Positions 49,386-59,459 of a stretch of 64,000 nt of DNA are shown piece after piece. Origin of the DNA: Syntrophorhabdaceae bacterium (GTDB taxonomy: Bacteria > Desulfobacterota > Syntrophorhabdia > Syntrophorhabdales > Syntrophorhabdaceae); assembly GCA_963666485.2 (NCBI GenBank), contig CAXXUO010000006.1, positions 32,001-96,000 of the forward strand. The letters are read 5' to 3'. The translations under genes were made by a program, and so were the position numbers. Each line of letters begins with the position of its first letter. The stretch's first letter is position 1. Below the pieces are notes generated by a model, which was not told the DNA's origin, ran no database searches, and was given only the letters and a program-made list of their open reading frames with translations.

Positions 49386-50674
49386 TGGAAAAGATAGATG
49401 CCATCGTGATCGGAGGCGGCCTCGCAGGCCTTTCCGCGGCGTATAAGCTGGCAGAGGCGGGAAAACAGGTCATCCTCCTCGAACGCGGCGATGCACCGGG
49501 AAGCAAGAACGTAACGGGCGGGCGGCTTTACGTCGACCCTATACGGAAATACCTGCCCGGCATTATTGACACCGCCCCGTTCGAACGTCACGTCGTGAAG
49601 GAGATGATCACCGTCCTCGACGACACGAGCGCGGCCTCATTCGAATACACGAACGCGAGATGGCGGCAGGAACCCTACATGAGCTACACGGTGCTCAGGG
49701 CGAGGTTCGACAGCTGGTTTGCCGATCAGGCTGCCGCAAAGGGCGCGTTCATCATCCCCAAAAAGAAGGTGGAAAGCCTCATCTGGGAGGATGGCAAGGT
49801 TGCGGGTATTAAGTCAGGTGCCGAAGAGATAGGCGCTCATGTGACGATCGCAGCGGACGGCGCCCTGTCCTTCATGGCGCAGCAGGCAGAAATGCGCGCA
49901 CCGCACAAGCCGGAGAACCTGGCTGTTGCCGTCAAGGAGATATACCAGCTCGACCGGAAGGTGATCGAGGACCGCTTTGGACTGAAAGACGACGAAGGCG
50001 CTGCCGGGCTTTACATGGGCTCCCTCACGCAGGGCATGTTTGGCGGCGGGTTCCTCTATACGAACCAGGATACGCTGTCGCTCGGCCTCGTGCTTGGCAT
50101 ACACCAGCTTGCGCATAACAACCTCGGCCTTGACGCGCCGTCGCTCATGGAATCTTTTACGGCACGGCCCGAGGTCGAACGGTATATCAGGGGCGCGGAA
50201 CTCAAGGAGTATTCGGCCCACATGATATCCGAAGCGGGGATCGGCACCATGCCGAAACTTGTCAGGGACGGCATGCTCGTTGCCGGCGACGCGGCGGGTT
50301 TTGCCCTGAACCTTGGACTGACGGTACGGGGCATGGAATTCGCGATCGCATCGGGCGTTATGGCCGCCGAGACGGCCATCGAGGCGCTGGACAAGAACGA
50401 CACGTCGGCCGCTGTACTTTCGGGATATGAAAAAAGGTTGCGCGAAAGCTTTGTCCTGCCCGACATGGAAACGTTCAGGAATGCCCGCGAAGTCCTCGAC
50501 AATAAGCGCCTCTTTACCGTATACCCGCGGTTTATCTGTGAAATGTTCGATGAGCTGTTCACGATAGGCGACGGGCCGAAACAGGGCCTTTATACAACGG
50601 CAAAACGTGTCGCAAAGAAATATGTCCTCACCATGGACACCTTAAAAGATTTTCTTGCCGCGAGGAAACTATGA
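49385..50674 (+). CDS. fixC: FixC-type ETF:quinone oxidoreductase flavoprotein
   Basis: GGGLAG, ERGDAPGSKNVTGG, GGGFLYTN, AGDAAG..RGMEFAIASG. Confidence 0.92.
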   Translation: MEKIDAIVIGGGLAGLSAAYKLAEAGKQVILLERGDAPGSKNVTGGRLYVDPIRKYLPGIIDTAPFERHVVKEMITVLDDTSAASFEYTNARWRQEPYMSYTVLRARFDSWFADQAAAKGAFIIPKKKVESLIWEDGKVAGIKSGAEEIGAHVTIAADGALSFMAQQAEMRAPHKPENLAVAVKEIYQLDRKVIEDRFGLKDDEGAAGLYMGSLTQGMFGGGFLYTNQDTLSLGLVLGIHQLAHNNLGLDAPSLMESFTARPEVERYIRGAELKEYSAHMISEAGIGTMPKLVRDGMLVAGDAAGFALNLGLTVRGMEFAIASGVMAAETAIEALDKNDTSAAVLSGYEKRLRESFVLPDMETFRNAREVLDNKRLFTVYPRFICEMFDELFTIGDGPKQGLYTTAKRVAKKYVLTMDTLKDFLAARKL

Positions 50675-50952
50675 CGAAAAAGGTTGAGGAAAAGATCGCC
50701 CTCAATGCGATGAAGAACGATGTGAAGAGCCATATCCTGCTCAACCAGGCGATATGCGCGAACTGCAAAGAGCGCATGTGCATCAAGGTGTGCCCGGCGC
50801 ACCTGTATTCGAAGAACGAGGAAACCGGCGAAATGGTGGTCGAATATGCCGGCTGCCTCGAATGCGGGACATGCCTTGTCGCCTGCACCTATGGCTCGAT
50901 CGTGTGGGACTACCCTTCAGGGGAATACGGGGTTCAATACAGATATGGATAA
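50671..50952 (+). CDS. fixX: FixX ferredoxin-like protein
   Basis: CIKVCPAHLY, GCLECGTC, WDYPSGEYGVQYRYG. Confidence 0.92.
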   Translation: MTKKVEEKIALNAMKNDVKSHILLNQAICANCKERMCIKVCPAHLYSKNEETGEMVVEYAGCLECGTCLVACTYGSIVWDYPSGEYGVQYRYG

Positions 50953-50968
50953 TACCGGGGACCACGGG

Positions 50969-51688
50969 ATGGAAGGTTCGAAAAAGGCGCCGCCGAAGGC
51001 CGGGGCGCTAAAAGGCATCCGGGCCCTCGGCAAACCGCGTTCAATGGGGGACATTGCGTACGATTACCTGAAGCAGGCAATCGTAAAAGGGGATATCCCT
51101 CCCGGACAGAGGCTTATCGAGAACCAGCTCTCCGCATTGATGGAGGTAAGCAGGGTACCCGTTCGCGAGGCGGTCAAGAAATTGGAACAGGAAGGCCTCG
51201 TCGAGCGCTCCGGTGTACGGGGATTCGTCGTCAAGGGCCTGAACCGCAAGGAGATAGAAGAGACCCTCGGGATAAGGGCCCTGCTCGAAAGCTATGCGGC
51301 ATACCTGGCAACGGAGCACATCGATGACGAGATCCTGAAAAAGCTGGAGGACAGCATCCGGGCGTACAGGGCGGCCCTTGAAAAGAAGGGGAGCAATACA
51401 GATAAACTGATGCAACTCAACTCCCAGTTCCATGAGATCATCTACAAAGCAGCGGGAAGCGCGAAGCTCTACACCCTTATCAACACCTTCCGGGACGCGA
51501 TACACCGCTATCGTCGGCCCCTTCTCGCATCCGAGCATTTTGCGCAGGTGTCCCTCCATGACCATGAAGACATGGTGCGGGCGATGCGCCTCAAAGACAA
51601 GAAGAAGGTCGAACAGCTGGTACGAAAACACATTCTTCGGGGAATGGACATAATCATCCAGGAAATGGATGCGGGGAAAACGGTATAA
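50969..51688 (+). CDS. GntR-family (FCD) transcriptional regulator
   Basis: PGQRLIENQLS..VSRVPVREA; NSQFHEII; start may be 50945. Confidence 0.92.
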   Translation: MEGSKKAPPKAGALKGIRALGKPRSMGDIAYDYLKQAIVKGDIPPGQRLIENQLSALMEVSRVPVREAVKKLEQEGLVERSGVRGFVVKGLNRKEIEETLGIRALLESYAAYLATEHIDDEILKKLEDSIRAYRAALEKKGSNTDKLMQLNSQFHEIIYKAAGSAKLYTLINTFRDAIHRYRRPLLASEHFAQVSLHDHEDMVRAMRLKDKKKVEQLVRKHILRGMDIIIQEMDAGKTV

Positions 51689-51726
51689 AAGCAGGGGAAC
51701 AAGAGATATTTGAGAAGGAGGCATCT

Positions 51727-52128
51727 TTGAATACGAGGCCCATTAAGATCTTAGTAGCCAAGCCGGGTTTGGACGGACATGACCGCGGGGCGAAGGTTGT
51801 CGCCCATGCATTGAAGGAAGCGGGCATGGAGGTGATCTACACCGGGCTCCACAAGACGGTCGATCAGATCATACGGATAGCGGTCCAGGAGGACGTCGAT
51901 GTGATCGGCCTGTCCATCATGAGCGGCGCGCATATCCCTATCACGGAGAAACTCGTGAAAAGAGCGAGGGAGGAAGGCATCGGCGACAAGATGGTCGTTG
52001 TCGGCGGAGTCATACCGAACCGGGACATTCCGAAACTCAAAGAGCTTGGCGCAAAGGGGGTATTCCCCGGCGGTACGCCGTTCTCCGAGATCACCAGTTT
52101 TATTAAAGAAAACGTGAAGCATTCCTGA
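51727..52128 (+). CDS. Cobalamin-binding small subunit of an acyl-CoA mutase
   Basis: KPGLDGHDRG (DxHxxG), GLSIMSGAH, VGGVIP; TTG start after AGGAGG. Confidence 0.95.
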   Translation: MNTRPIKILVAKPGLDGHDRGAKVVAHALKEAGMEVIYTGLHKTVDQIIRIAVQEDVDVIGLSIMSGAHIPITEKLVKRAREEGIGDKMVVVGGVIPNRDIPKLKELGAKGVFPGGTPFSEITSFIKENVKHS

Positions 52129-52138
52129 GGAGGCATCG

Positions 52139-53767
52139 ATGGGTGTAGCAAAATATACAAAGGACGAAAAAGATCGGATCACCGATGTTGAACTGCAGTC
52201 CGGGATACACGTCAAGGCGTGTTACGGCCCTGAAGATCTCGAGCGCGTCGGTTTTACGTACGAGAAAGACCTCGCCCCGCCGGGCGAATACCCGTTCACA
52301 CGTGGCATACACGCGGAAGGATTCCGCTCGAGGGCGTGGACAACCCGACAGTACACCGGTTTCGGGACCCCCGAGGAATCGAACGAGCGTTTCAAGCTCA
52401 TGATATCACACGGTCAGACAGGTCTTAACGTGGCCTTCGACCTGCCGACGCAGATGGGATATGACTCCGACGATCCCATGGCCGAAGGAGAGGTTGGCAG
52501 GGTCGGCATGGCGATCGATTCGCTGCGGGATTTCGAGATCGCATTCAAGGGCATCAACCTTGAAAAGATCGGGTCGGGGCTTACGATAAACGCCGTTGCT
52601 TCCATCATGCTTGCCATGTACCAGGCGGTTGCTGAAAAATACGGGTTCGACCCGAAAAGGATATCGGCAACGCCCCAGAACGATATCCTGAAGGAAATGA
52701 TCGGAAGGGGATCGTGGATCTTCCCCGTCGAGCCGGCCGTGAACCTCATCGGGGACACGATAGAATACTCGATGACGACCCTGCCGAGGACGAACCCGGT
52801 CAGCATCTGCGGGTACCACATCCGCGAGTCGGGCGCGACGCCCGCGCAGGAGATCGGCTATGCGATACTCATCGCCAACGCGTATATCGATAACGTTCTC
52901 AAGCGCGGTTACGACGTCGATGATTTCGTCGGCAGGTTCTCGTTCAACCTCAACGTCTTCGGCAATATCTGGGAACAGGTCGCTAAGTTCCGTGCGGCCC
53001 GCAAGCTCTGGGCGCGCAACCTCAAAGAGAAATACGGCGTCAAGAAGGACTCGAACATGTATCTGAGAGGTCTCTTTGGGGGCGGGGGATACGGCCTTAC
53101 CAAGGCGCAGCCCGAGAACAACATCATGCGCGGCGCATATTACGCCCTGTCCGCAGCGCTCGCCGGGGCCCAGACGATCGCCCTGTGCAGCTACGACGAG
53201 GCATACACCATACCGACGCCGCACTCTGCGGTCCTTTCTTTGCGCACCCTGCAGCTGCTCATGGACGAGATAGGCCTCCGCGACACGGTCGATCCGCTTG
53301 CAGGAAGCTACTTCATCGAGACCATAACGAAGGAGATGGAGACCAAGATCGAAGAGGAGATGGCGAAGATCGAAAAGATCGGCGGAATTACGGCGGCTGT
53401 GTCGAGCGGCTATGTCCAGCGCCTCGTCTCGCAGCAGGCGTACGAATATGAAAAGGGGCTCCAGTCCGGCGAATTGAAAAAAGTCGGCCTCAATATCTAC
53501 ACGGAAGGCGAGCCGATGGACGTCGAGCTCCACGAGTATACGGGGGAATCGGCCGAGAAACAGATCGCGGCGCTGAAGGAGCTCCGCCGGGAAAGAAGCG
53601 ACGCCGATGTGAAGCGCACGCTTAAGGAACTGGAAGCAGGGACGCGGGCCGGGAAAAACGTCATGCCGTACCTCGTCGAATGCTGCAAGGCCTACGCAAC
53701 GGTGGGAGAAATGGCGCGGGTCTTCCGGGATGTTTTCGGCGAGTTCCAGGAACCGGGGCTGTTTTAA
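52139..53767 (+). CDS. Adenosylcobalamin-dependent acyl-CoA mutase large subunit (methylmalonyl-CoA mutase family, divergent)
   Basis: PGEYPFTRG, RQYTGFG, AFDLPTQMG, QNDILKE, GYHIRE, DPLAGSY. Confidence 0.93.
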   Translation: MGVAKYTKDEKDRITDVELQSGIHVKACYGPEDLERVGFTYEKDLAPPGEYPFTRGIHAEGFRSRAWTTRQYTGFGTPEESNERFKLMISHGQTGLNVAFDLPTQMGYDSDDPMAEGEVGRVGMAIDSLRDFEIAFKGINLEKIGSGLTINAVASIMLAMYQAVAEKYGFDPKRISATPQNDILKEMIGRGSWIFPVEPAVNLIGDTIEYSMTTLPRTNPVSICGYHIRESGATPAQEIGYAILIANAYIDNVLKRGYDVDDFVGRFSFNLNVFGNIWEQVAKFRAARKLWARNLKEKYGVKKDSNMYLRGLFGGGGYGLTKAQPENNIMRGAYYALSAALAGAQTIALCSYDEAYTIPTPHSAVLSLRTLQLLMDEIGLRDTVDPLAGSYFIETITKEMETKIEEEMAKIEKIGGITAAVSSGYVQRLVSQQAYEYEKGLQSGELKKVGLNIYTEGEPMDVELHEYTGESAEKQIAALKELRRERSDADVKRTLKELEAGTRAGKNVMPYLVECCKAYATVGEMARVFRDVFGEFQEPGLF

Positions 53768-53873
53768 CAAAGATTTCAACGGGCGATGTGTCGCCGAAAT
53801 ACACGGCATGGGTCTGGTCGGTCACCGGATTCCAAACACACCCCGCAAGTAAGACGCCGGGACTCAAAAGCAC

Positions 53874-54236
53874 CGTCTCCCGGCAAAAGCCGGGATCCAG
53901 AACAAGCACCGTCATCCCGGCGAAAGCCGGGATCCAGTGTCTTTAGAATGAAAGCAAGGTTGCAGGATGGAATACAAAGAACAATGCAAAATGAATCACC
54001 GGGCACTAAACTTCGTCGTCATTCCCGCGAAAGCGGGAATCCAGTGTCTTTGTTTTTAGCGGCATAGGGTTACAAAATGAAATATATAAAGACTGAACGT
54101 CAAAGACTAAAACCTTGGGTCCCGGTGTCAAGCACTGGGATGACGAGGTGGTATGCTGGCATCCTCGTGTCAAGCACCGGGATGGCAGGTGGATGAAGCG
54201 TAAAGCTCCTGGATTCCGGCCTTCGCCGGAATGACG
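53874..54236. repeat. Cluster of at least 6 REP-like palindromes inside the catabolic gene run
   Basis: Units at 53874-53900, 53910-53937, 54017-54044, 54113-54145, 54158-54187, 54209-54236. Confidence 0.85.
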
Positions 54237-54273
54237 ACCAGGGGTTGGAGAGGTTCTAAAAAGGGGGCAGCTC

Positions 54274-56370
54274 ATGGATGAGAGGTTTTACCGTCTCGGG
54301 TGTGATATCGGCGGGACATTCACGGATTTCGTTTTGCTCAACGACCAGACAGGGGAGATCATGACCGGCAAATGCCTGACGACGCCGCGCGACCCGTCGG
54401 ACGCGGTCGAGGAGGGCATACGTGCGCTCGAACAGGTGACGCCGGACTTTGTCGGAAAGCTGGATGAGATCATCCACGGGACGACGCTTGTCATAAACTC
54501 CATCATCGAAAGAAAAGGCGCCAGGACCGGTCTTATCACGACGAAGGGTTTCCGTGACGTGCTCGAGATCGGACGGGAGATCCGGTATGCGCCATACGAT
54601 ATTTTCGCCGAATTCCCGGAACCCCTCATCCCGAGAAAATACCGTCTCGAGGTCGATGAGCGCATACGCAGCGACGGCACAGTCTTAAAGCCCCTCGACC
54701 CGGAGGATGCGCGCTCGGTTGTCAGGAAGCTTCTCGACATGGGCGTCGAGTCCATCGCCGTGTGCCTGCTCAACTCATTTGAGAACTCTGCCCACGAGCG
54801 CATGATCGAGGAATTGATCGCAAAGGAGGCGCCGGGCATCTCCACGTCGATCTCGTATCACGTGCTCCCGCAGATCAAGGAATATGAAAGGACGAGCACG
54901 ACCGTCACCAACGCGTACGTCAAGCCGCTGACGGGCCGCTACCTGTCGAAACTGTCGGGGCGCCTGAACTCGATCGGCTTTTCCGGCAAACTGTTTATCA
55001 TGCTTTCATCGGGCGGCGTCACGTCGGTCGACACGGCCGCGCAGTTCCCCGTCAGGATCATCGAATCGGGGCCGACGGCGGCCGTTATCGCCGGCCAGTA
55101 TTACGGGAAACACTTCAATATCCCGGAAATGTTCTGCTTTGACATGGGCGGGACCACGGCGAAATCCTGCCTCATCCAGAAGGGCGTCGCGGGCGTTGTG
55201 CCGACCTTCGAAGTGGGCCGTGTTCAGCGGTTCATGAAGGGAAGCGGGCTCACCATTCAGGTCCCGGTTGTCGACCTCATGGAGATCGGGGCGGGAGGAG
55301 GCTCGATAGCGAAGATAAGCAAGCTCGGTACGCTCCAGGTAGGCCCCGAGAGCTCCGGCGCTGACCCCGGGCCGATCTGCTACGGCAGGGGCGGGACGGA
55401 ACCATGCGTCACGGACGCCGATCTCCTCCTCGGCTACCTCGATGAAAATTACTTTCTCGGCGGTACTATGAAGCTCGACAAGGAAGCGGCGCGCCGCGGC
55501 GTCGAGGAGAAGATAGCGAAGCCCCTCGGTGTTTCCTTCATCCAGGCCGTCTGGGGGATCCATGACCTGATAAACGAAACAATGGCCGCCGCGGCAAAGA
55601 CGCACATCGCCGAAAAGGGCGGCAACCCGAAGATCGTCACCATAGCGGCGTTCGGGGGCGCGGGCCCTGTTCATGCCTACGGGCTTGCCACGAAGCTGGG
55701 TTCCCCGCGGATGCTGATCCCGCCCAACGCGGGCGTTGGCTCGGCGATGGGTTTCTTCACCGCGCCGCGCGCATTCGACCTTTTGCGAAGCCACAAGGTA
55801 TCGCTCGGCGATGCGAAGTTCGGCGAGATAGAGGACATCTTCCGGAAGCTCGAGGCGGACGCGGGGGCGATCCTGAAGAAAGAGGCGAGCGGGGATGTCA
55901 TCCGGTTCGAAAGAACGGTCGATATGCGTTTCGTCGGCCAGGGCTCCGAGATGAATATCGGGGTGCCCGACGGCGATTTCACGAAGATAGAAAAAAGCGC
56001 GGTCAGGCGCTATTTTGACGATGCCTACGAGAAGCTGTACGGCCGGACATACCCCGACTCGGAAGTGGAATTCATCAATTTCAAGGTACGGGCAAGCCTG
56101 CCGGAAAAACTGCTGCAGCTCCCGAAAATGGACGGGGCAGGAAGGACGCTCGACCGTGCGGTAAAGGGCGAACGCCTTGCCTATTCACCGATATCGAAGG
56201 ACTTCATCCCTTTTACGATCTACGACCGCTACAATCTCTATCCATCGGCCCGGTTCCCCGGACCTGCAATAATCGAAGAGAAGGAATCGACACTCATCGT
56301 CGGGGAGGGATCCCATGTTTCCGTGGATGATTACGGGTTCCTCTGGGTGGATATGAAGGAGGTGATCTGA
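54274..56370 (+). CDS. Hydantoinase/oxoprolinase subunit A (ATP-dependent lactam hydrolase)
   Basis: DIGGTFTD, HGTT, EYERTSTT, ESGP, DMGGTT, GAGGGS, GPESSGADPGP. Confidence 0.94.
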   Translation: MDERFYRLGCDIGGTFTDFVLLNDQTGEIMTGKCLTTPRDPSDAVEEGIRALEQVTPDFVGKLDEIIHGTTLVINSIIERKGARTGLITTKGFRDVLEIGREIRYAPYDIFAEFPEPLIPRKYRLEVDERIRSDGTVLKPLDPEDARSVVRKLLDMGVESIAVCLLNSFENSAHERMIEELIAKEAPGISTSISYHVLPQIKEYERTSTTVTNAYVKPLTGRYLSKLSGRLNSIGFSGKLFIMLSSGGVTSVDTAAQFPVRIIESGPTAAVIAGQYYGKHFNIPEMFCFDMGGTTAKSCLIQKGVAGVVPTFEVGRVQRFMKGSGLTIQVPVVDLMEIGAGGGSIAKISKLGTLQVGPESSGADPGPICYGRGGTEPCVTDADLLLGYLDENYFLGGTMKLDKEAARRGVEEKIAKPLGVSFIQAVWGIHDLINETMAAAAKTHIAEKGGNPKIVTIAAFGGAGPVHAYGLATKLGSPRMLIPPNAGVGSAMGFFTAPRAFDLLRSHKVSLGDAKFGEIEDIFRKLEADAGAILKKEASGDVIRFERTVDMRFVGQGSEMNIGVPDGDFTKIEKSAVRRYFDDAYEKLYGRTYPDSEVEFINFKVRASLPEKLLQLPKMDGAGRTLDRAVKGERLAYSPISKDFIPFTIYDRYNLYPSARFPGPAIIEEKESTLIVGEGSHVSVDDYGFLWVDMKEVI

Positions 56371-58079
56371 TGGCACGCACATTCGATCCCATCACACTCG
56401 AAATATTATGGCGGCGTCTCATATCGATCGTTGACGAAGCGGACGGCTCCGTTGCGCGGACGGCGTTTTCGAGCCTGCTGCGCGATGCCCATGACTACAC
56501 CTGCATGTTCACCGACCGGTTCGGACGCGAGTTGGCGCAGGGCAGTTTTGCTACTCCGGGACAGTCCGGTGCCATGGCACTCGGGATCAAGAACCTCGTC
56601 AATAAATTCCCCGTCGAATACTACAATGCGGGTGACGCGTTCATCACGAACGACCCGTGGGCCCTTGCCGGGCATCTCAACGATGTCTGCGTCATGAGCC
56701 CGATCTTTTACAAGGACAAACTGGTTGCCTTCACCGCCTGCGTCTTTCACCATTCCGACATCGGCGGGCGTGTGGCGTCGGACAACCATGACGTGTTTGA
56801 AGAAGGCATCTTCATACCGCTCGTCAAGCTCTACGATAAAGGTGTCTTAAATGAGTCCGTGCTCGATCTCATACGGTGGAATGTCAGGACGCCCGATGAG
56901 GTTATCGGCGACATCCGCTCGCAGATCGCGGCGAACCACGTATGCGGCGAAAAGATATGCCAGATGCTCAAGGAAAGCGGCCTGGAGAACTTAGATGACC
57001 TGGCGGACCAGATCATCGGGCTCACCGAAAAGAGCATGCGGGAAGAGATCGAAAAGATCCCGGACGGCATCTACCGTACGCGCGGCGTCATCGAGCAGAT
57101 GAAGGGGTTGAGCGACATCATCATCAATGCAAAGGTCGAGATCAAGGGAAGTGACATCCTCGTCGATCTCGACGGGTCGTCCGGCCAGGTCAACTGGGGC
57201 GGGAACGTCGTCTACAACTTCACCTTTGCGTATGTCTTCATGGCGATCAAGAGCATGTTCGCCCCCGACATCCCGAACAACGAAGGCTGTGCACGCCCCA
57301 TCGCGCTGACGGCGCCCGAGGGAACGGTCATCAACTGCAAGTTCCCTGCGGCGGTTGCCGCACGAATGGGCGTCGGCCATTTCCTCACCGAGGTCATCTA
57401 CCGGGCCCTCTCCGACGTCCTTCCGGAAAAGGTGATCGCGGCATCGGGCGGCACCCCGGCGGCAATGAACGTCTTTTACGGCAAGAGAAAAGATGCAAAG
57501 CCGTGGCACAGCGTTATCATACGGGGCGGCGGCATGGGTGCGGGTGCACGCAATGACGGCAATTACGTCTACATCTTTCCCGCCAACGGCGCGAACACCC
57601 CGGTCGAGATATTCGAGAGCGACACCCCGCTCATTGTCGAGAAACGAGAGATATTGACAGATTCAGGGGGCATTGGGAGAATGAAGGGTGGGCTCGGCAA
57701 ACGGGAGATATTCAAGGTCCCTGATGACGAGTATTCTCCGATGCCGCCTGTCAACCTTGGCATACAGGCCGGCCGGTACATCTACCCGGCGGAGGGGCTC
57801 TTTGGCGGGAAACCCGGTGCACGGGCACAGTTCCTCGTCAACGGTGAACCGGGGAACTCGTACGGGTTGACGCAGCTCAAGCCCGGCGATGTCGTGACGA
57901 TCGACGCCCCGGGCGGCGGCGGGTACGGCAATCCCGTGGAGCGCGACCCGGCGTTTGTCCTCAACGATGTCATGCAGGGCTACGTCAGCATCGACGCCGC
58001 CCGCCTGGAATACAAGGTCGATATTAACCCGGCGACCCTTGAGATCAACGAGGAGGAGACGCGAAAATTAAGGCAGTGA
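56370..58079 (+). CDS. Hydantoinase/oxoprolinase subunit B
   Basis: RTAFS, TNDPW..GHLND, HHSDIGG, NTPVEIFE, PGGGGYG. Confidence 0.94.
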   Translation: MARTFDPITLEILWRRLISIVDEADGSVARTAFSSLLRDAHDYTCMFTDRFGRELAQGSFATPGQSGAMALGIKNLVNKFPVEYYNAGDAFITNDPWALAGHLNDVCVMSPIFYKDKLVAFTACVFHHSDIGGRVASDNHDVFEEGIFIPLVKLYDKGVLNESVLDLIRWNVRTPDEVIGDIRSQIAANHVCGEKICQMLKESGLENLDDLADQIIGLTEKSMREEIEKIPDGIYRTRGVIEQMKGLSDIIINAKVEIKGSDILVDLDGSSGQVNWGGNVVYNFTFAYVFMAIKSMFAPDIPNNEGCARPIALTAPEGTVINCKFPAAVAARMGVGHFLTEVIYRALSDVLPEKVIAASGGTPAAMNVFYGKRKDAKPWHSVIIRGGGMGAGARNDGNYVYIFPANGANTPVEIFESDTPLIVEKREILTDSGGIGRMKGGLGKREIFKVPDDEYSPMPPVNLGIQAGRYIYPAEGLFGGKPGARAQFLVNGEPGNSYGLTQLKPGDVVTIDAPGGGGYGNPVERDPAFVLNDVMQGYVSIDAARLEYKVDINPATLEINEEETRKLRQ

Positions 58080-58112
58080 CAGAACATATTGCCATAACAG
58101 GAGGGAATCACC

Positions 58113-59420
58113 ATGGAACGGCCATTCGACAGTAAAGTGAAATCCGACAAGGAACTGAAGGTACTCCAGCTCAAAGGGCTTAAATGGACGGTCGAACACG
58201 CCTATAAGGGTTCCGCACATTATCGCAGAAAGCTTGACGAGGCGGGAATAACCCCGGACAAGATCAAGTCGCTCGCCGACATTCACAAGCTTCCTTTCAC
58301 GACGAGCAAGGACCTCCAGGAGGGGTATCCATTTCCCTTGAGGAGCGTTCCCTTTGAGAAGGTCGTCCGTATCCACGCATCGAGCGGGACGACCGGCAAG
58401 CGCAAGGTCCTGTGCTACACCGCCAATGATATCGAAGACTGGGCGAACATGTTCGCCCGCTGTTATGCATATGCGGATTGCACGCCCGAAGACAGGATAC
58501 AGATCGCGGTCGGGTACGGTGTCTGGACGGCCGGCTGGGGCTTCCAGAACGGCTGCGAGCGCTTTGGAGCGATGTCCATCCCGATCGGTCCCGGCAATAC
58601 GGACATGCAGTGCCAGTTCCTCGAAGACTTCGGTACGACCGTCATGACATGCACCGCGTCGATGGGGCTTCTCATGGCAGAGCTTATCGAAGAAAGGGGC
58701 CTGCGCGGGAAGATCCCCCTCAACAAAATGATCTTCGGTTCTGAGAGGGCGAGCGATGCGATGCGACAGAGGATATCGGAACTGTCCGGCGTGGCTTTTG
58801 ATCAGCTCTACGATATCCCGGGCATGACGGAGCTTTACGGGCCGGGAACGGGGCTCGACTGCCGGTACCACACCGGGATTCACTACTGGGCGGATTACTA
58901 CATCCTCGAGATCCTCGACCCGGAAACGCTTCAGCCCGTTCCGGAGGGAGAGGTCGGTGAGATGGTGGTAACGACCCTGCGCAAGGAAGGGGCCCCGCTT
59001 ATCCGGTATCGCACGAGGGACCTCACGCGGATCATGACCGATAAATGTCCCTGCGGGAGCCTCATGCCGCGTCACGACAGGATACTTGGCCGCAGCGACG
59101 ACATGTTCATCTTCCGTGCGGTCAACATCTACCCGAGCCACATCGACCAGATCCTGTCGCACATGAAGGATGTCGGGAGCGAATACCAGATACGCCTCTA
59201 CAGAAAGGACAAGGGCGGAAAGGACCACATGATCGTCAAGGTGGAGCGTGCGCAGGGTGTCAAGAAGGACCACGACAGGGACAAGCACATCCGCAAGGCC
59301 ATTGAAAAAGAGATAAAGAGGCAGGTCCTCGTGAGCTGCGACGTGGAAGTCGAGGATTACGGCTCACTCCCGCGGTCCGAGCGCAAGACGAAGCGCGTCT
59401 TCGATGAAAGAGATGCATAA
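58113..59420 (+). CDS. Phenylacetate-CoA ligase-like (PaaK family) aryl-acetate CoA ligase
   Basis: HASSGTTGK, PGMTELYGPG, PLIRYRTRD, GRSDDM, NIYPS. Confidence 0.92.
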   Translation: MERPFDSKVKSDKELKVLQLKGLKWTVEHAYKGSAHYRRKLDEAGITPDKIKSLADIHKLPFTTSKDLQEGYPFPLRSVPFEKVVRIHASSGTTGKRKVLCYTANDIEDWANMFARCYAYADCTPEDRIQIAVGYGVWTAGWGFQNGCERFGAMSIPIGPGNTDMQCQFLEDFGTTVMTCTASMGLLMAELIEERGLRGKIPLNKMIFGSERASDAMRQRISELSGVAFDQLYDIPGMTELYGPGTGLDCRYHTGIHYWADYYILEILDPETLQPVPEGEVGEMVVTTLRKEGAPLIRYRTRDLTRIMTDKCPCGSLMPRHDRILGRSDDMFIFRAVNIYPSHIDQILSHMKDVGSEYQIRLYRKDKGGKDHMIVKVERAQGVKKDHDRDKHIRKAIEKEIKRQVLVSCDVEVEDYGSLPRSERKTKRVFDERDA

Positions 59421-59459
59421 GGGTATTTATCCTTAAAAAGGATCACAATAGGAGGGTTT

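Noticed and set aside
53790..54240. REP cluster as a CRISPR array, attC array or short ORFs
   Set aside because: Units vary in orientation and spacing and match the dispersed REP family; the short ORFs simply translate the palindromes (e.g. VIPAKAGIQ).
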